Shown in pieces: positions 9,000-18,456 of a DNA stretch of 64,000 bases; the stretch's first letter is position 1; each line of letters begins with the position of its first letter. The stretch covers positions 32,001 to 96,000 of the forward strand of contig CAVZPM010000038.1 in the NCBI GenBank assembly GCA_963777155.1, read 5' to 3'. This DNA comes from Candidatus Bathyarchaeota archaeon. GTDB taxonomy: Archaea > Thermoproteota > Bathyarchaeia > Bathyarchaeales > Bathycorpusculaceae. The notes under the pieces were generated by a model. It ran no database searches. It was not told where the DNA came from and worked only from the letters and a program-made list of their open reading frames with translations. The translations under genes and the position numbers were made by a program.

Positions 9000-9452
9000 G
9001 TGATTTGGGGGAGAAATTGGTTGGATGAAATCTTAGAAATGCTAGATAAAACAGCAAAGCGTATACAGAAAGACGCGGACGAAACCAAAGAAGCCACTGC
9101 AAAACAAACAGCTATTTATGAGGGTCTTCTTGTTTCACCACTGGCGTCTCAAGAACAAAAATTAAGAGCGTTCATTGGAAAAACACTTGAATTAGACCGA
9201 TTAGAACGGCTGAATTCTCAATTAAGCCTGCTCTATACGTTGCAGATCTTCGCGTTCAAAGTTAAAGTGATTGAAGTTTCAGTTTGCAAAATAAATGAGC
9301 AACTTGTAAAATCTGGGGTTTTACAGAAGAGCGGCGAAGTAGAAGACATAAAGAAGAATATTGATGCCCTCAAAATCCTAATCGAAGCCCACTACGAGTC
9401 GATGAAAGAAATAAACGAAACACAGAACAAAAACTTGGGTTATATTCAATAA
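9000..9452 (+). CDS. hypothetical coiled-coil protein
   Basis: Helical heptad-rich ORF; likely start TTG 9021 after GGGGGAG. Confidence 0.7.
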   Translation: MIWGRNWLDEILEMLDKTAKRIQKDADETKEATAKQTAIYEGLLVSPLASQEQKLRAFIGKTLELDRLERLNSQLSLLYTLQIFAFKVKVIEVSVCKINEQLVKSGVLQKSGEVEDIKKNIDALKILIEAHYESMKEINETQNKNLGYIQ

Positions 9453-9486
9453 AATAAATTAAATAAAAAGGGCAGCCTGGTGGTCT

Positions 9487-10453
9487 TCACCACTCTTCAG
9501 GTTTTTTCTGCCTGCAACAGTTTAGCTTTTTTAGAAGAGTTTTTCCCAGCTTGTGACTAGGTCGAGAACTTCTTGACCTGCTTTTCCGCCGTAACTCTTC
9601 AGGCGTTCGCGTGTGTCTTTTTCTGCAATTGCTGTCTTTCTGGAATTCTTGCATTTGTGCTGCTTTGTCTGTGAGGTATAGGAGGCCGTCTACGCCTGCG
9701 CGTGCCATGCGGACTGAGACTGTTAAGAGTTCACTTGCGGTTGGTGTTTCTTTTGGATCGTCGCCGGGCCCGATGACGTAGAGTGCAATGTTTAGTTTGA
9801 CGTCTTTGAAGAGTTTCTTGAAGTTGCGTGTAAGCATTTCCCAGTACCATGGTGTAGCGTAGTTCTTGCTGAACATTACAACGAACATTTCGGTTGTGAG
9901 TGGTAGCATGTCGTCGAAGTTGACGCCGAAGCGTTCATAGTTTGTAACAGGGTCTGGTAGGACACCGATGTAGAATGGTTTCTTTGCTTTGTTGATATAC
10001 GCGTCGCTTACTTGTGCCATGTAGTCTGTGACTTCTTTGCGTCTCCATTCATACCATGATAAGTCCGCTTTTTGCGTGTAGTTCTTTGCATCGTGGGCAT
10101 GTGCAGTGGCCGTGTTCTGCGAAGTGGATGCTGTTTAGCCAGATGCCTTGGCTTTTGCGTGCGACGTCTTCCATGTAGTCGAGTTGTTCTGCTCGGTGTT
10201 CTGGTTGTGTTGCGCAGAGGACTTCCCAGCGTACGTTGTAGTTGTCGTTGGTTCTCCATGCGGGTCCCAGGTCGGATTGGCTGATCCAGTCTGGGTGAAT
10301 GCGGGCGGTTACGTTGTCTCCGAAAATTGCGATGTTGCTGTGCATGTCAGCTTTTGGCGGCATTCGTCTGCCTACTTCAGGTTTTACTCGGAAAAGGTCA
10401 TAGTCGAAGCCTGGAACTTTCTTTGCTTCAAACATGTATGTGCCGAATTTCAT
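9487..10453 (-). CDS. putative glycoside-hydrolase-like TIM-barrel protein with CxCxxC motif (frameshifted)
   Basis: ORFs 10049-10453 and 9487-10020 join (HPDW, LCATQP, HCTCPRC, WYEWRRKEVT, ERFG); 3' end probably also shifted. Confidence 0.6.
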
Positions 10454-10762
10454 CTTACTTCTACCTTTTTAGAAACCAAAACGTTCGGCGCTGTTATAAA
10501 GTTTTGCATAATAAGACTAAAATAATTTTCAGAACCTAAATCGGTGTTTCGCGATTGCTTAATTTGCAGTATTGCATGGAGTGTTATGATTAATACACTG
10601 AAATTCAAGAATACTAGAGCCCACTGAAAATAGAGATAGACAACCTCTCCTTTGAGGAGTTTGTAAAAAGATTACTAGTATCCTTCAAATAATATATTGC
10701 CTGAAAAAGTCAGGTATATTCTTATCAGCTTGACGTGCAATATAGAAAATGAGGCTAAACTG

Positions 10763-11587
10763 ATGAGAAACCAAAATGATTGGCAACAAATCCTGCACGA
10801 ATGTAAAAACAAGGTGCAAACAGCCATTAAACCCTGCCTCAAAAACCTAAAGGAAACAGAGTCGAATCTGGGTACAGGTGCAGGCGGCGACTTGATGAAG
10901 CCTGTGGATTTAGCTGCGGAGACTGCAATCGTTGAAACACTAAAAGGACATGACGTTTCTTTTACGTTAATCAGTGAAGAGTCAGGCATCAAAAAGTACG
11001 GTTCAGAACCTCATGACTGCTATGTCACAGTTGACCCAATTGATGGAACAACGAATCTGGTGCATGGCTTACCCTTCTATGCTTCTTCAATTGCCATTTC
11101 CCAGAAACCAGAGCTCGCTGATGTTTATGCAGGCATGGTTGTTGATCTTGCGCATGATGTGGCATACACGGCTTTTGAAGGCATGGGTGCTTTTCGAAAT
11201 GGCAAAAAAATCGAAACCTCCAGAGTTGAAACCTTAGATGACGCAGTCGTTGGTTTGGACTTAAACACCTATAAAGCCAAAGATGTTGTATCGAAAGTCA
11301 CTGCGTTAATTGTTAACACAAAACATATCAGACATTTTGGCGCCAACGCCCTCGAGGTCTGCTTTGTCGCGGATGGTTTAACCGATGCCTTTATTGATTT
11401 GCGGGGAAAAATCCGCACCACTGATGTCGCCGCAGGGTTTCTCATCGTTAAAGAGGCAGGCGGTATAGTATCCACCCCAGATAATCAAGCCTTAAATGTC
11501 AAGTTGGATCCCACGCAAAGGTTAAGCTTCATAGCTTCAGCTAATCTTGAGATTCATAGAAAAATCGTAAGCTTGGTTAAACCCTGA
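10763..11587 (+). CDS. suhB: bifunctional fructose-1,6-bisphosphatase/inositol monophosphatase
   Basis: GAGGD, ISEE, DPIDGTTN, RTTDVAAG motifs. Confidence 0.92.
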   Translation: MRNQNDWQQILHECKNKVQTAIKPCLKNLKETESNLGTGAGGDLMKPVDLAAETAIVETLKGHDVSFTLISEESGIKKYGSEPHDCYVTVDPIDGTTNLVHGLPFYASSIAISQKPELADVYAGMVVDLAHDVAYTAFEGMGAFRNGKKIETSRVETLDDAVVGLDLNTYKAKDVVSKVTALIVNTKHIRHFGANALEVCFVADGLTDAFIDLRGKIRTTDVAAGFLIVKEAGGIVSTPDNQALNVKLDPTQRLSFIASANLEIHRKIVSLVKP

Positions 11588-12429
11588 TGTTAAATCTGCT
11601 TTTACCCAACCCTGCAGCTATAGCAAAATCAGATAAAACCAAGACTCTTCTTATCGCTGATCCGCATTTGGGCTGGGAAATGCAGCTTCAAGAAAAAGGC
11701 ATCCATGTACCGAGTCAAACATCCAAAATACTCAACAAGTTAACTGCAATTATATGCAAGTACAAACCCGATAGGCTGGTTATTCTTGGCGACGTAAAAT
11801 ACACGGTGGTTTCGCATGAGTTTGGTGAGTGGCAAGATATTCCAGATTTTTTTAGAAAACTTCAAGATATTATTGGCAATATAGCTATCGTGCGGGGTAA
11901 TCATGACGCAAATTTAGAACCGTTGCTGCCAGAGAGTATTGAGCTTCTGCCTGCGACGGGGGAAGTAATCGGGGACGTTGGGGTTTTTCACGGCCACAAA
12001 TGGCCTTCGCCAGCGCTTTTAGGGTGCAAAACATTGGTTATGGGACATCTTCACCCTGTGGTTGTTTTTCATGACCCAGCAGGTTTTAAGATGACAAGGC
12101 AAGTGTGGATGAAGACTAAGGTTGATAGCGAAGGTTTAGCCAAGATTTTACTTAAGAAGGCTGGCGTAAAAATAGAGAATTCAGTAACTGAAACCCTGAG
12201 GAAACATTACAGTGTCAAACTCAAAGCTTCTGAACTCTACATAATGCCTAGTTTCAATGATTTTCTAGGTGGTAGACCCGTAAACGAAACAAGACCGCGG
12301 AAAGATATCGGTAGTGAAAAGTTGATTGGGCCTGTTTTGCGTTCGGAGGCGGTGGATGTTGATGATGCCGAGCTTTACCTTTTAGACGGCACTTTTCTTG
12401 GATCTTTAAATCAGCTTCGGCAATTGTGA
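11587..12429 (+). CDS. calcineurin-like metallophosphoesterase
   Basis: ADPHLG, GDVK, GNHD, HGH, MGHLHP, PSFN motifs. Confidence 0.9.
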   Translation: MLNLLLPNPAAIAKSDKTKTLLIADPHLGWEMQLQEKGIHVPSQTSKILNKLTAIICKYKPDRLVILGDVKYTVVSHEFGEWQDIPDFFRKLQDIIGNIAIVRGNHDANLEPLLPESIELLPATGEVIGDVGVFHGHKWPSPALLGCKTLVMGHLHPVVVFHDPAGFKMTRQVWMKTKVDSEGLAKILLKKAGVKIENSVTETLRKHYSVKLKASELYIMPSFNDFLGGRPVNETRPRKDIGSEKLIGPVLRSEAVDVDDAELYLLDGTFLGSLNQLRQL

Positions 12430-12508
12430 CCAGTTAGGGATTGCTACGCTAACTCTTATATCTGCCACATATTATATGCATGATATAGTTTGAGGAGGAT
12501 AAAACAAA

Positions 12509-12661
12509 TTGAAATTAGTAACAGTCCTATTACCAGAAGCTTACCTTGAAGGTTTAGATGAGTTAGTCCGAGCCAACATGTACCCAAGCAGAAGCAGCGT
12601 TATCAGGTCTTCGGTTCGCGACTTGCTTAAAAAAGAGCTTTGGGAAAACAAACGCAGATAA
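12509..12661 (+). CDS. ribbon-helix-helix (CopG/CdrS-like) transcription regulator
   Basis: Hand translation, 50 aa, MKLVTVLLPEAYLEGLDELVRANMYPSRSSVIRSSVRDLLKKELWENKRR; GAGGAGG RBS; absent from ORF track. Confidence 0.88.
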   Translation: MKLVTVLLPEAYLEGLDELVRANMYPSRSSVIRSSVRDLLKKELWENKRR

Positions 12662-12670
12662 AAACTGCGA

Positions 12671-13438
12671 CTATATCCCTTTTATTGAATCATAGAGCGT
12701 ACGGGCGGTTAGGGCTGGGTCACCCGAGTTAGTTATTTCTCTTCCAACGATCAAGTAACTGGCACCTGCTTTAATCGCTGTTTCCGCGGCACCGCCCTGC
12801 GCTCCTACACCTGGCGCATAAATGGCAACCTTTTCACCGAGTATCTGCTTGACTTCAGAAATCTTTTGAGGAACCGTGGCTCCTACCACCACGCCATCAG
12901 CGCCCCATTTTAAAGCTTTCTGGGCAAAAGAAACATATTGTGGGATTTGTTGGTTTGTTTCTTGGTCAATTATTGTTTGCCCGTAGCCTTCGCTTGCGCC
13001 TTTGTGACTCATATAAGTGAGAAGTATGACACCTCGATTGAGCCTTTTTGAAACATCGAAGAGCGGTTTTAAGCCTTCTTCCCAACCAACGAAAGGGTTA
13101 GCAATTATTGCATCAAATCCCGCGGCAAAATAGTATTCAGCGATTACTTGGTTAGTGTTGCCGATGTCGTTGACTTTGGCATCCATGATTGCAAGCATGC
13201 CCTCGCCACGTATTCGCTCCACAAGCTCCTGTACCCCATCAAAGGTGCCAAGAGGCAGAGTCAAATGATGATTAATCTTAACCGCACAAACGTAGGGGTG
13301 AACAGCTTTGAGTACCCTTTGCGCCTTACCCAAGATCTTGTCTCGGTTCACAGCAGCTTCGAAGGGAAAATCCAACGCCAATACTAAGCGAGAATTCTTG
13401 CTTTTTTCTGCTTCCTGCATTTTCGTTTTAAACGACAA
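12671..13438 (-). CDS. pyrF: orotidine-5'-phosphate decarboxylase
   Basis: LALD, DAKVNDIGNT, PGVGAQGG, IVGR motifs. Confidence 0.95.
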   Translation of the reverse strand: MSFKTKMQEAEKSKNSRLVLALDFPFEAAVNRDKILGKAQRVLKAVHPYVCAVKINHHLTLPLGTFDGVQELVERIRGEGMLAIMDAKVNDIGNTNQVIAEYYFAAGFDAIIANPFVGWEEGLKPLFDVSKRLNRGVILLTYMSHKGASEGYGQTIIDQETNQQIPQYVSFAQKALKWGADGVVVGATVPQKISEVKQILGEKVAIYAPGVGAQGGAAETAIKAGASYLIVGREITNSGDPALTARTLYDSIKGI

Positions 13439-13586
13439 TCGGTTATGCCTCTTTATGTAATGTTTAGCGCTTAACTATTTCATTTTTTCCGTTAAAAAAG
13501 AGTTAAGCCTTTGAGGTTTATCGAGTCTTAAAATTTTCCCTTCTCAATCTGGCTATAACTAACACTAAAGAGATGGGGAAAAAGGG

Positions 13587-14276
13587 TTAGACGTTCCAGA
13601 CTGTGCAGCTAATAAGTTTCCATGTGATGGCTTCGGTCTTTAAGGGGTTGTTATAGGCAGTCATGTTGTTTAAGTTAACAAGCATACCTGTTGCTTTATC
13701 AAAGTAAACGGCGGTGAAGTCGTAGCGTAATGTGCCTTGTGTTGGGTCGTTGACGTCATAGAACTCGTTTTCGATAAACCAATAGTTTCTTTGGCGAGTG
13801 CTGTCAGCATATGTTTTGGTATCTGTCGCGTTAACGGTTAATCTATCATCGGTTGGGCGTATCGGATCTCCTACTTTTAGGTTAGCTGAGTAGATAGCCC
13901 AGAATCCGTTTTCGACACTTTCTCGACCATCTGTCAAATTAATCGTTAGCTGTCCATTCACCTCTGTCCCGTTTAGGAACCGCCATACCGTACTAAGAGA
14001 AACATTTGTGTCGCTGATCCCTGCAACTGATACTTTGTAATAATCAGTCTGGTTGTACTGCTCAAACCCAGGGCTTACTGTTGCCTCCTCACTTTGCAAC
14101 GTTGAAATTCCCGTAATACTATAAGTAAAGCTGTCACCAACATGAACACCGACCGTCGCCTTCTTTAGAGGAGGCAGGGTTGCATAATATAATGCTACAA
14201 AGGCAACAACTATTATGACAACAAGAGAGATGGTTAGGTAGAGATTCTTGTGTGAACCTTTCTTTTTGAAAGCCAT
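13587..14276 (-). CDS. membrane-anchored extracellular hypothetical protein
   Basis: Basic N-terminus plus TM helix, beta-rich body with NxS/T sequons. Confidence 0.75.
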   Translation of the reverse strand: MAFKKKGSHKNLYLTISLVVIIVVAFVALYYATLPPLKKATVGVHVGDSFTYSITGISTLQSEEATVSPGFEQYNQTDYYKVSVAGISDTNVSLSTVWRFLNGTEVNGQLTINLTDGRESVENGFWAIYSANLKVGDPIRPTDDRLTVNATDTKTYADSTRQRNYWFIENEFYDVNDPTQGTLRYDFTAVYFDKATGMLVNLNNMTAYNNPLKTEAITWKLISCTVWNV

Positions 14277-14368
14277 AGCTTAACCATTGCTTAACTCAAG
14301 TATTTAGTTGTTTTCCCAAAAGTCATCTAGAGACAGCGGCATTTGCCTGAAGGTTAAATAGGTCAATT

Positions 14369-14743
14369 TTATAGAAATTTTATGTTGCTTTGACCGTCTT
14401 CCTTAGATTTGAATGATTCTGATTCAGAAGGGGTTTTTTCCTGGGTCTGCTTTTTGTTTAAACGAATCAGAAGCTTATGGTTTTTCTTAACCAAAACTAC
14501 ATCGGCTTCCTCTACATTCTCCGCCGTTACCTCTCCATTGTACTTCATTCGGTTAACATAACCCAATTCTTTTAGTTCGCTCATCAAAACCTCGCGTGAC
14601 TGCCGCAAAGCTTCGCTGGAAGTCTGTGGACCTCTCTCGAAGCAAAAAGTCAAAACCTTCTTTTCAGAATCATAGCTTGCCTTAGTGCCTTTGCCGATCT
14701 TTTCTACTTTACCCCATTCTATTTTTTCAGTGGGATTAGTCAA
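14369..14743 (-). CDS. hypothetical protein
   Basis: 124-aa ORF directly downstream of eIF2-alpha with AGGTAG RBS. Confidence 0.6.
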   Translation of the reverse strand: MTNPTEKIEWGKVEKIGKGTKASYDSEKKVLTFCFERGPQTSSEALRQSREVLMSELKELGYVNRMKYNGEVTAENVEEADVVLVKKNHKLLIRLNKKQTQEKTPSESESFKSKEDGQSNIKFL

Positions 14744-14757
14744 GTATCTGCTACCTT

Positions 14758-15547
14758 CTATTTTTCTCGTTTGAAGCTTCCATTTCCGCCGGCTTTAGTG
14801 ATGTTCTTCACTACGTTCTCACTTACTTTGTCAAGCACTTCTTCGGCGCGTTTCCAATTGTCAGCTGAAACTTCAACGCTGTATTTTGGGGCAGCTATAA
14901 CTGAAAATTCTATTTGGGCATCTTTTGCCTCTTGAGCTTTCTTGGCTCCTGTGAATGCTTGCTGGATACAGCGAACCCCGTTGGGTTTCATGCATCGAAC
15001 CTCGATGACGCCTCTGACCTTTACTGTCTTAATTTTTATGCGTTCCTCAGCAACTTGAACAATAACTTTAACGAGGTCGTCAGGGATATTGAGCTTTAGT
15101 TAAGACCTCTGAGCCTTCTTTAACCACTTTTTCGAAGCCATCGTATAAACCAAATTTTTCCTCAAGAATTGCTCCGGCTTTCTGATAGACTTCATGTATT
15201 GGTAAACCTGTTTTTTCTGCAACTGCATGCAGCAATGCGTCGCCTTTACGGTCTTTTTTCCAAGATTTAATTTTCTCGATTCTTTCACGTTTGGTTACTC
15301 GTCTTAGGGATAAGTCAATGTGTCCTTTTTCAATGTCTACGCGGAGAACTTTAAGGACCATTTTCTGGTTTTCACGAACGAAATCTCGAACGTTTCGTAT
15401 GCGGGCGCTGGAGATCTCGCTGATGTGGAGAAAACCGCGTCTGCTATACTCATCTAGGTTAGCGTATGCCCCGTAATCCATCACACTTTCAATTGTGGCA
15501 ATTACCAAGTCGCCGGATTCAGGCCATTCAGGTTTATGTTCAGACAT
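14758..15547 (-). CDS. eif2a: translation initiation factor 2 alpha subunit (frameshifted)
   Basis: S1 domain GFLHISEISSARIRNVRD, IDLSLRRV; C-terminal APKY motif in ORF 14758-14991; split by indels. Confidence 0.93.
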
Positions 15548-15814
15548 TATCTACATCCTACTCAAGGAAGACCTATCTTTGTTTTGACTGGTTTGTATTG
15601 TATGTTAAAGATAAGTTTTTCTACCCAAAGAAACAGCTTTTGGAACACTTTAACGTTTTGATATGTTGATGCAGTGGAATTCGGATTCTCGATCTTGTGG
15701 AGGCATCACCGGCATTTCCCACTTTTTTCTTTAGTACAATCAAGCCTTTACGTTACTACAACAATTTTGGGAGATAAGAAAAGCGACTAACTCCAAATTT
15801 CCAAGCGCAGGTTC

Positions 15815-16078
15815 TCACCATACTATCTGGTTTATTTCAAGTTGTCTACGTATAACCTGTAATGATATATCCCAGCCAGTCAGATGATAAATTAATTCTT
15901 TGAAGTCGGGTAAATTCATATCCGTTTTTTCTTGCTCTTTGATAATGGTGTAAATTGTGGATAGAGGAAAAACTTCCAAATTAGGTAGAGAACTTCTTAC
16001 TTTCTTCGCAAGACGTACTAAATCTTCAGTTTGCATAATTTCTTTCTTTCTCCAAATAGCGTCTACTTTCTTGTTCAT
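15815..16078 (-). CDS. hypothetical protein (islet-associated)
   Basis: 87-aa ORF in AT-rich region. Confidence 0.45.
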   Translation of the reverse strand: MNKKVDAIWRKKEIMQTEDLVRLAKKVRSSLPNLEVFPLSTIYTIIKEQEKTDMNLPDFKELIYHLTGWDISLQVIRRQLEINQIVW

Positions 16079-16391
16079 TTTAGAAAGATGCCTCGAGCCA
16101 GTTTATAGTTTTTTGAAAAATTCAGCAACCTTAATTGTCAACTTTAATCAATTTTTGCAAACTCAACTTGACAAAGCATGTTAAGTTTAGCAGATTTGCC
16201 ATTTTGAGACCAGAAGAACTTTACACTAAAAATCAGAACACCACACTGCTGGAACTCTCCGAAACAACGAATCTGACAAGAAAAGGATTCGTTGTTACAA
16301 GAAATATGCGAGTTTTAATTTGGGTATAATTCGGTAAAATCTTAATCTACGTAATTAGGTATAAGCAAAGAAAAAACTATTGGTGGTAGAA

Positions 16392-16484
16392 ATGGATTTA
16401 CATCAATTCATTTCCGATTTCCTAAATTCTTCGAACATACGCATCATTAAATTCGGAAGATTTGCAACAGAAGAGGAGTATTAA
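16392..16484 (+). CDS. 30-aa hypothetical peptide
   Basis: MDLHQFISDFLNSSNIRIIKFGRFATEEEY; GGTGG RBS; TAATG coupling to next ORF. Confidence 0.3.
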   Translation: MDLHQFISDFLNSSNIRIIKFGRFATEEEY

Positions 16485-16876
16485 TGATAAAAGAAGCACT
16501 AGATAAGAGCACATTCGGGCGACAATACCTCAATCTGGTCGGCAGAGATAGCTACATCGGAATAGAACTAACAGGGCAGGACACTGACGAACTTTACGCA
16601 GATTATTTAAAATCAGGCAAAAGTTTTGAGGATTGGGCGAGAAAACAAATGCCAGATAAAGTTTTCGCAGAGCTGAACGTGAAGATAACGAGTGTCATAA
16701 GCATCAAGGATACCGAGTATCTTGAGGATGCGTTGGCTGAAATCCTTCGCAAGATGGGACTGAAAGGCACAGTAAATAATCCTTGGGGAAATGACCTGAC
16801 AATCGAGAAGGGAGAAAGATGCCAAGAAATGAACATCAACAAATACCTTCTAAAAATCGGAGGATGCAGACTCTGA
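16484..16876 (+). CDS. hypothetical protein (virus/plasmid-like context)
   Basis: 130-aa ORF with GAGGAG RBS; no known motif. Confidence 0.55.
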   Translation: MIKEALDKSTFGRQYLNLVGRDSYIGIELTGQDTDELYADYLKSGKSFEDWARKQMPDKVFAELNVKITSVISIKDTEYLEDALAEILRKMGLKGTVNNPWGNDLTIEKGERCQEMNINKYLLKIGGCRL

Positions 16877-16971
16877 ATACCTTAGCGATTTTGACGCCAT
16901 GAGAATCTTTAGAAAACGCAAACTTTAACAAAACTATCACCCGAGCGGACCCCCATACGTTTTGCTTATAT

Positions 16972-16992
16972 TGGTGCAGGGGGATTTGAACC
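16972..16992 (-). repeat. partial duplicate of tRNA-Leu 3' end (att-like site)
   Basis: TGGTGCAGGGGG at 16972-16983 is identical to 17823-17834, followed by ATTTGAACC resembling the T-loop ATTCGAACC. Confidence 0.7.
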
Positions 16993-17173
16993 GCCAATAC
17001 GCTGACGACATCGTCAATTCCTCGTGTTCTACGCAACCATCTTCCTTTTTTTTAGACGAATAGGTTGCCAGTCTTTTTTTGCTACAAAAAGAAGATGTGT
17101 TAGAGGCAGGGGAAGAAGTGCTATTGTCTACCAACAAAACAAAAATGGAGGATACCCCTTTGAGATTCTTATT

Positions 17174-17401
17174 CTAAACTGCAGTGACCAATTTTTCCGT
17201 TTCCAGTATTTTGGTTACGAGTTCCTTCCCTATGTTCTTGGACGCATCAAGAACTTCAATGCCTATTATACGACCTCTTTTGTCAAGGTCCATAATCACA
17301 TTTTCCGCTAGCTCTTCGCTTATGTCATACTTGGCTCTCCTAAGCCAAATGTACATGGCATCACTCTTCTCGCTGTATTCTACTCGCACCATAATCGTCA
17401 A
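17174..17401 (-). CDS. DUF2283 family protein (putative antitoxin)
   Basis: YSEKSDAMYI...DLDKRGRIIGIEVLDAS signature. Confidence 0.88.
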   Translation of the reverse strand: MTIMVRVEYSEKSDAMYIWLRRAKYDISEELAENVIMDLDKRGRIIGIEVLDASKNIGKELVTKILETEKLVTAV

Positions 17402-17622
17402 GGTCTCCTAGTCCAGTAAACTGTCACGACGGTTATTTTATCGTTGCTCTTATCATAAATGACTTTCAGATACTTGTCTCCTTTCTTTTTGACTGCGATC
17501 ATTCTACCCGAACGAGACAGCGCAGTAAAGGAGGGCTGTGAAATCGCTTCTTCAACCTCTGTCTTCGAAATCTTCCTGAAATCCATTCTCGCCTCTGAAT
17601 GCTCGGTGTAAGTTATTCGCAT
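17398..17622 (-). CDS. DUF4258 family protein (RelE-like putative toxin)
   Basis: YTEHSEARM..RKIS..EVEEAI, LKVIY, VVTVY; 4-bp overlap with DUF2283 gene. Confidence 0.85.
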   Translation of the reverse strand: MRITYTEHSEARMDFRKISKTEVEEAISQPSFTALSRSGRMIAVKKKGDKYLKVIYDKSNDKITVVTVYWTRRP

Positions 17623-17822
17623 TATTTACCTGTTCAGTCAATTAAACGCTCTGCGAATAAAACATTTGCTGCCTAACTTCTTTTGGAAGAAGATGATTAC
17701 TTTGTATGTTTCAATAGACTTTTTGACACGGATTATTCTCTCTTACCCGTCATAGAGAAAACTTCCACCGCCGAAAATTCTTCGTTTCAAGAGAAGATCA
17801 TGGGGCTTACTTTGTTTATGAG

Positions 17823-17910
17823 TGGTGCAGGGGGTGGGATTCGAACCCACGAACGCCTACGCGATAGGGTCCTAAGCCCTACTCCGTTGACCTGGCTTGG
17901 AGACCCCTGC
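17823..17910 (-). tRNA. tRNA-Leu(TAG), CCA encoded
   Basis: GCAGGGG/CCCCTGC acceptor stem, TAGGG-CTTAGGA-CCCTA anticodon arm, long variable arm, GTGGG-TTCGAAT-CCCAC T arm. Confidence 0.97.
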
Positions 17911-18281
17911 ACACGGTTTGCGCAGTGTGAAATAGGCTAGGTTGCTTTAATATTTATTTGCCACTTCGTTTTCAGGTATTGTGTGGGTGTGGGGCTATAA
18001 AATTGCCCACTACACTGTGGGGTTTGGAAATGGTTGCTTTCTTGGTTTGGACTGTTTTCCTCTTAGGGTTTGAGTGTGGGAAGAGAGTTTAGCCCACACA
18101 GTCACCATGGACGCTATGTTGATAGTGCGGGTGTGAGTGTGGAAGCATGTTAACGTTACGATTGTGGGGTGGGCGGTTGGAGAAGGATTGTTTTTGGAGC
18201 TCTTCTTTGTTGCAACATGATAGTGTAACCGTAAGCTCTTTATTGCATACCGCAATCACTTTCAAGAAGAAAAAGAAAAAT

Positions 18282-18358
18282 GCCTTCGTAGCCTAGCCCG
18301 GTGGGGCGTTACCTTGGTAAGGTAATGGTCGCGGGTCCAAATCCCGCCGAAGGCTCCA
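18282..18358 (+). tRNA. tRNA-Thr(GGT), CCA encoded
   Basis: GCCTTCG/CGAAGGC acceptor stem, TTACC-TTGGTAA-GGTAA anticodon arm, GCGGG-TCCAAAT-CCCGC T arm. Confidence 0.95.
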
Positions 18359-18456
18359 CAACTCGCACCGATTCTTTAAATTAAGTTGATTTGAATTCTG
18401 ATTCAAGTCATCAATTCTATGACTTGGGCGAGAATTAATTTCTTATTTTTGGCAGA

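Larger units (their letters stand above)
16972..17834. mobile_element. small genomic islet integrated at tRNA-Leu, carrying a toxin-antitoxin-like pair
   Basis: Bounded by direct repeat of the tRNA 3' end; contains DUF4258/DUF2283-like genes; no integrase. Confidence 0.6.

Noticed and set aside
14758-15547. Programmed frameshifting or pseudogene status for eif2a and other split genes
   Set aside because: Indels are scattered through many unrelated essential genes at homopolymers, so sequencing error is more parsimonious
17683-17940. 85-aa ORF
   Set aside because: Runs antisense across tRNA-Leu and has no protein features
18010-18255. 81-aa ORF between the two tRNAs
   Set aside because: No RBS or motif, biased composition, and overlaps the likely tRNA promoter region
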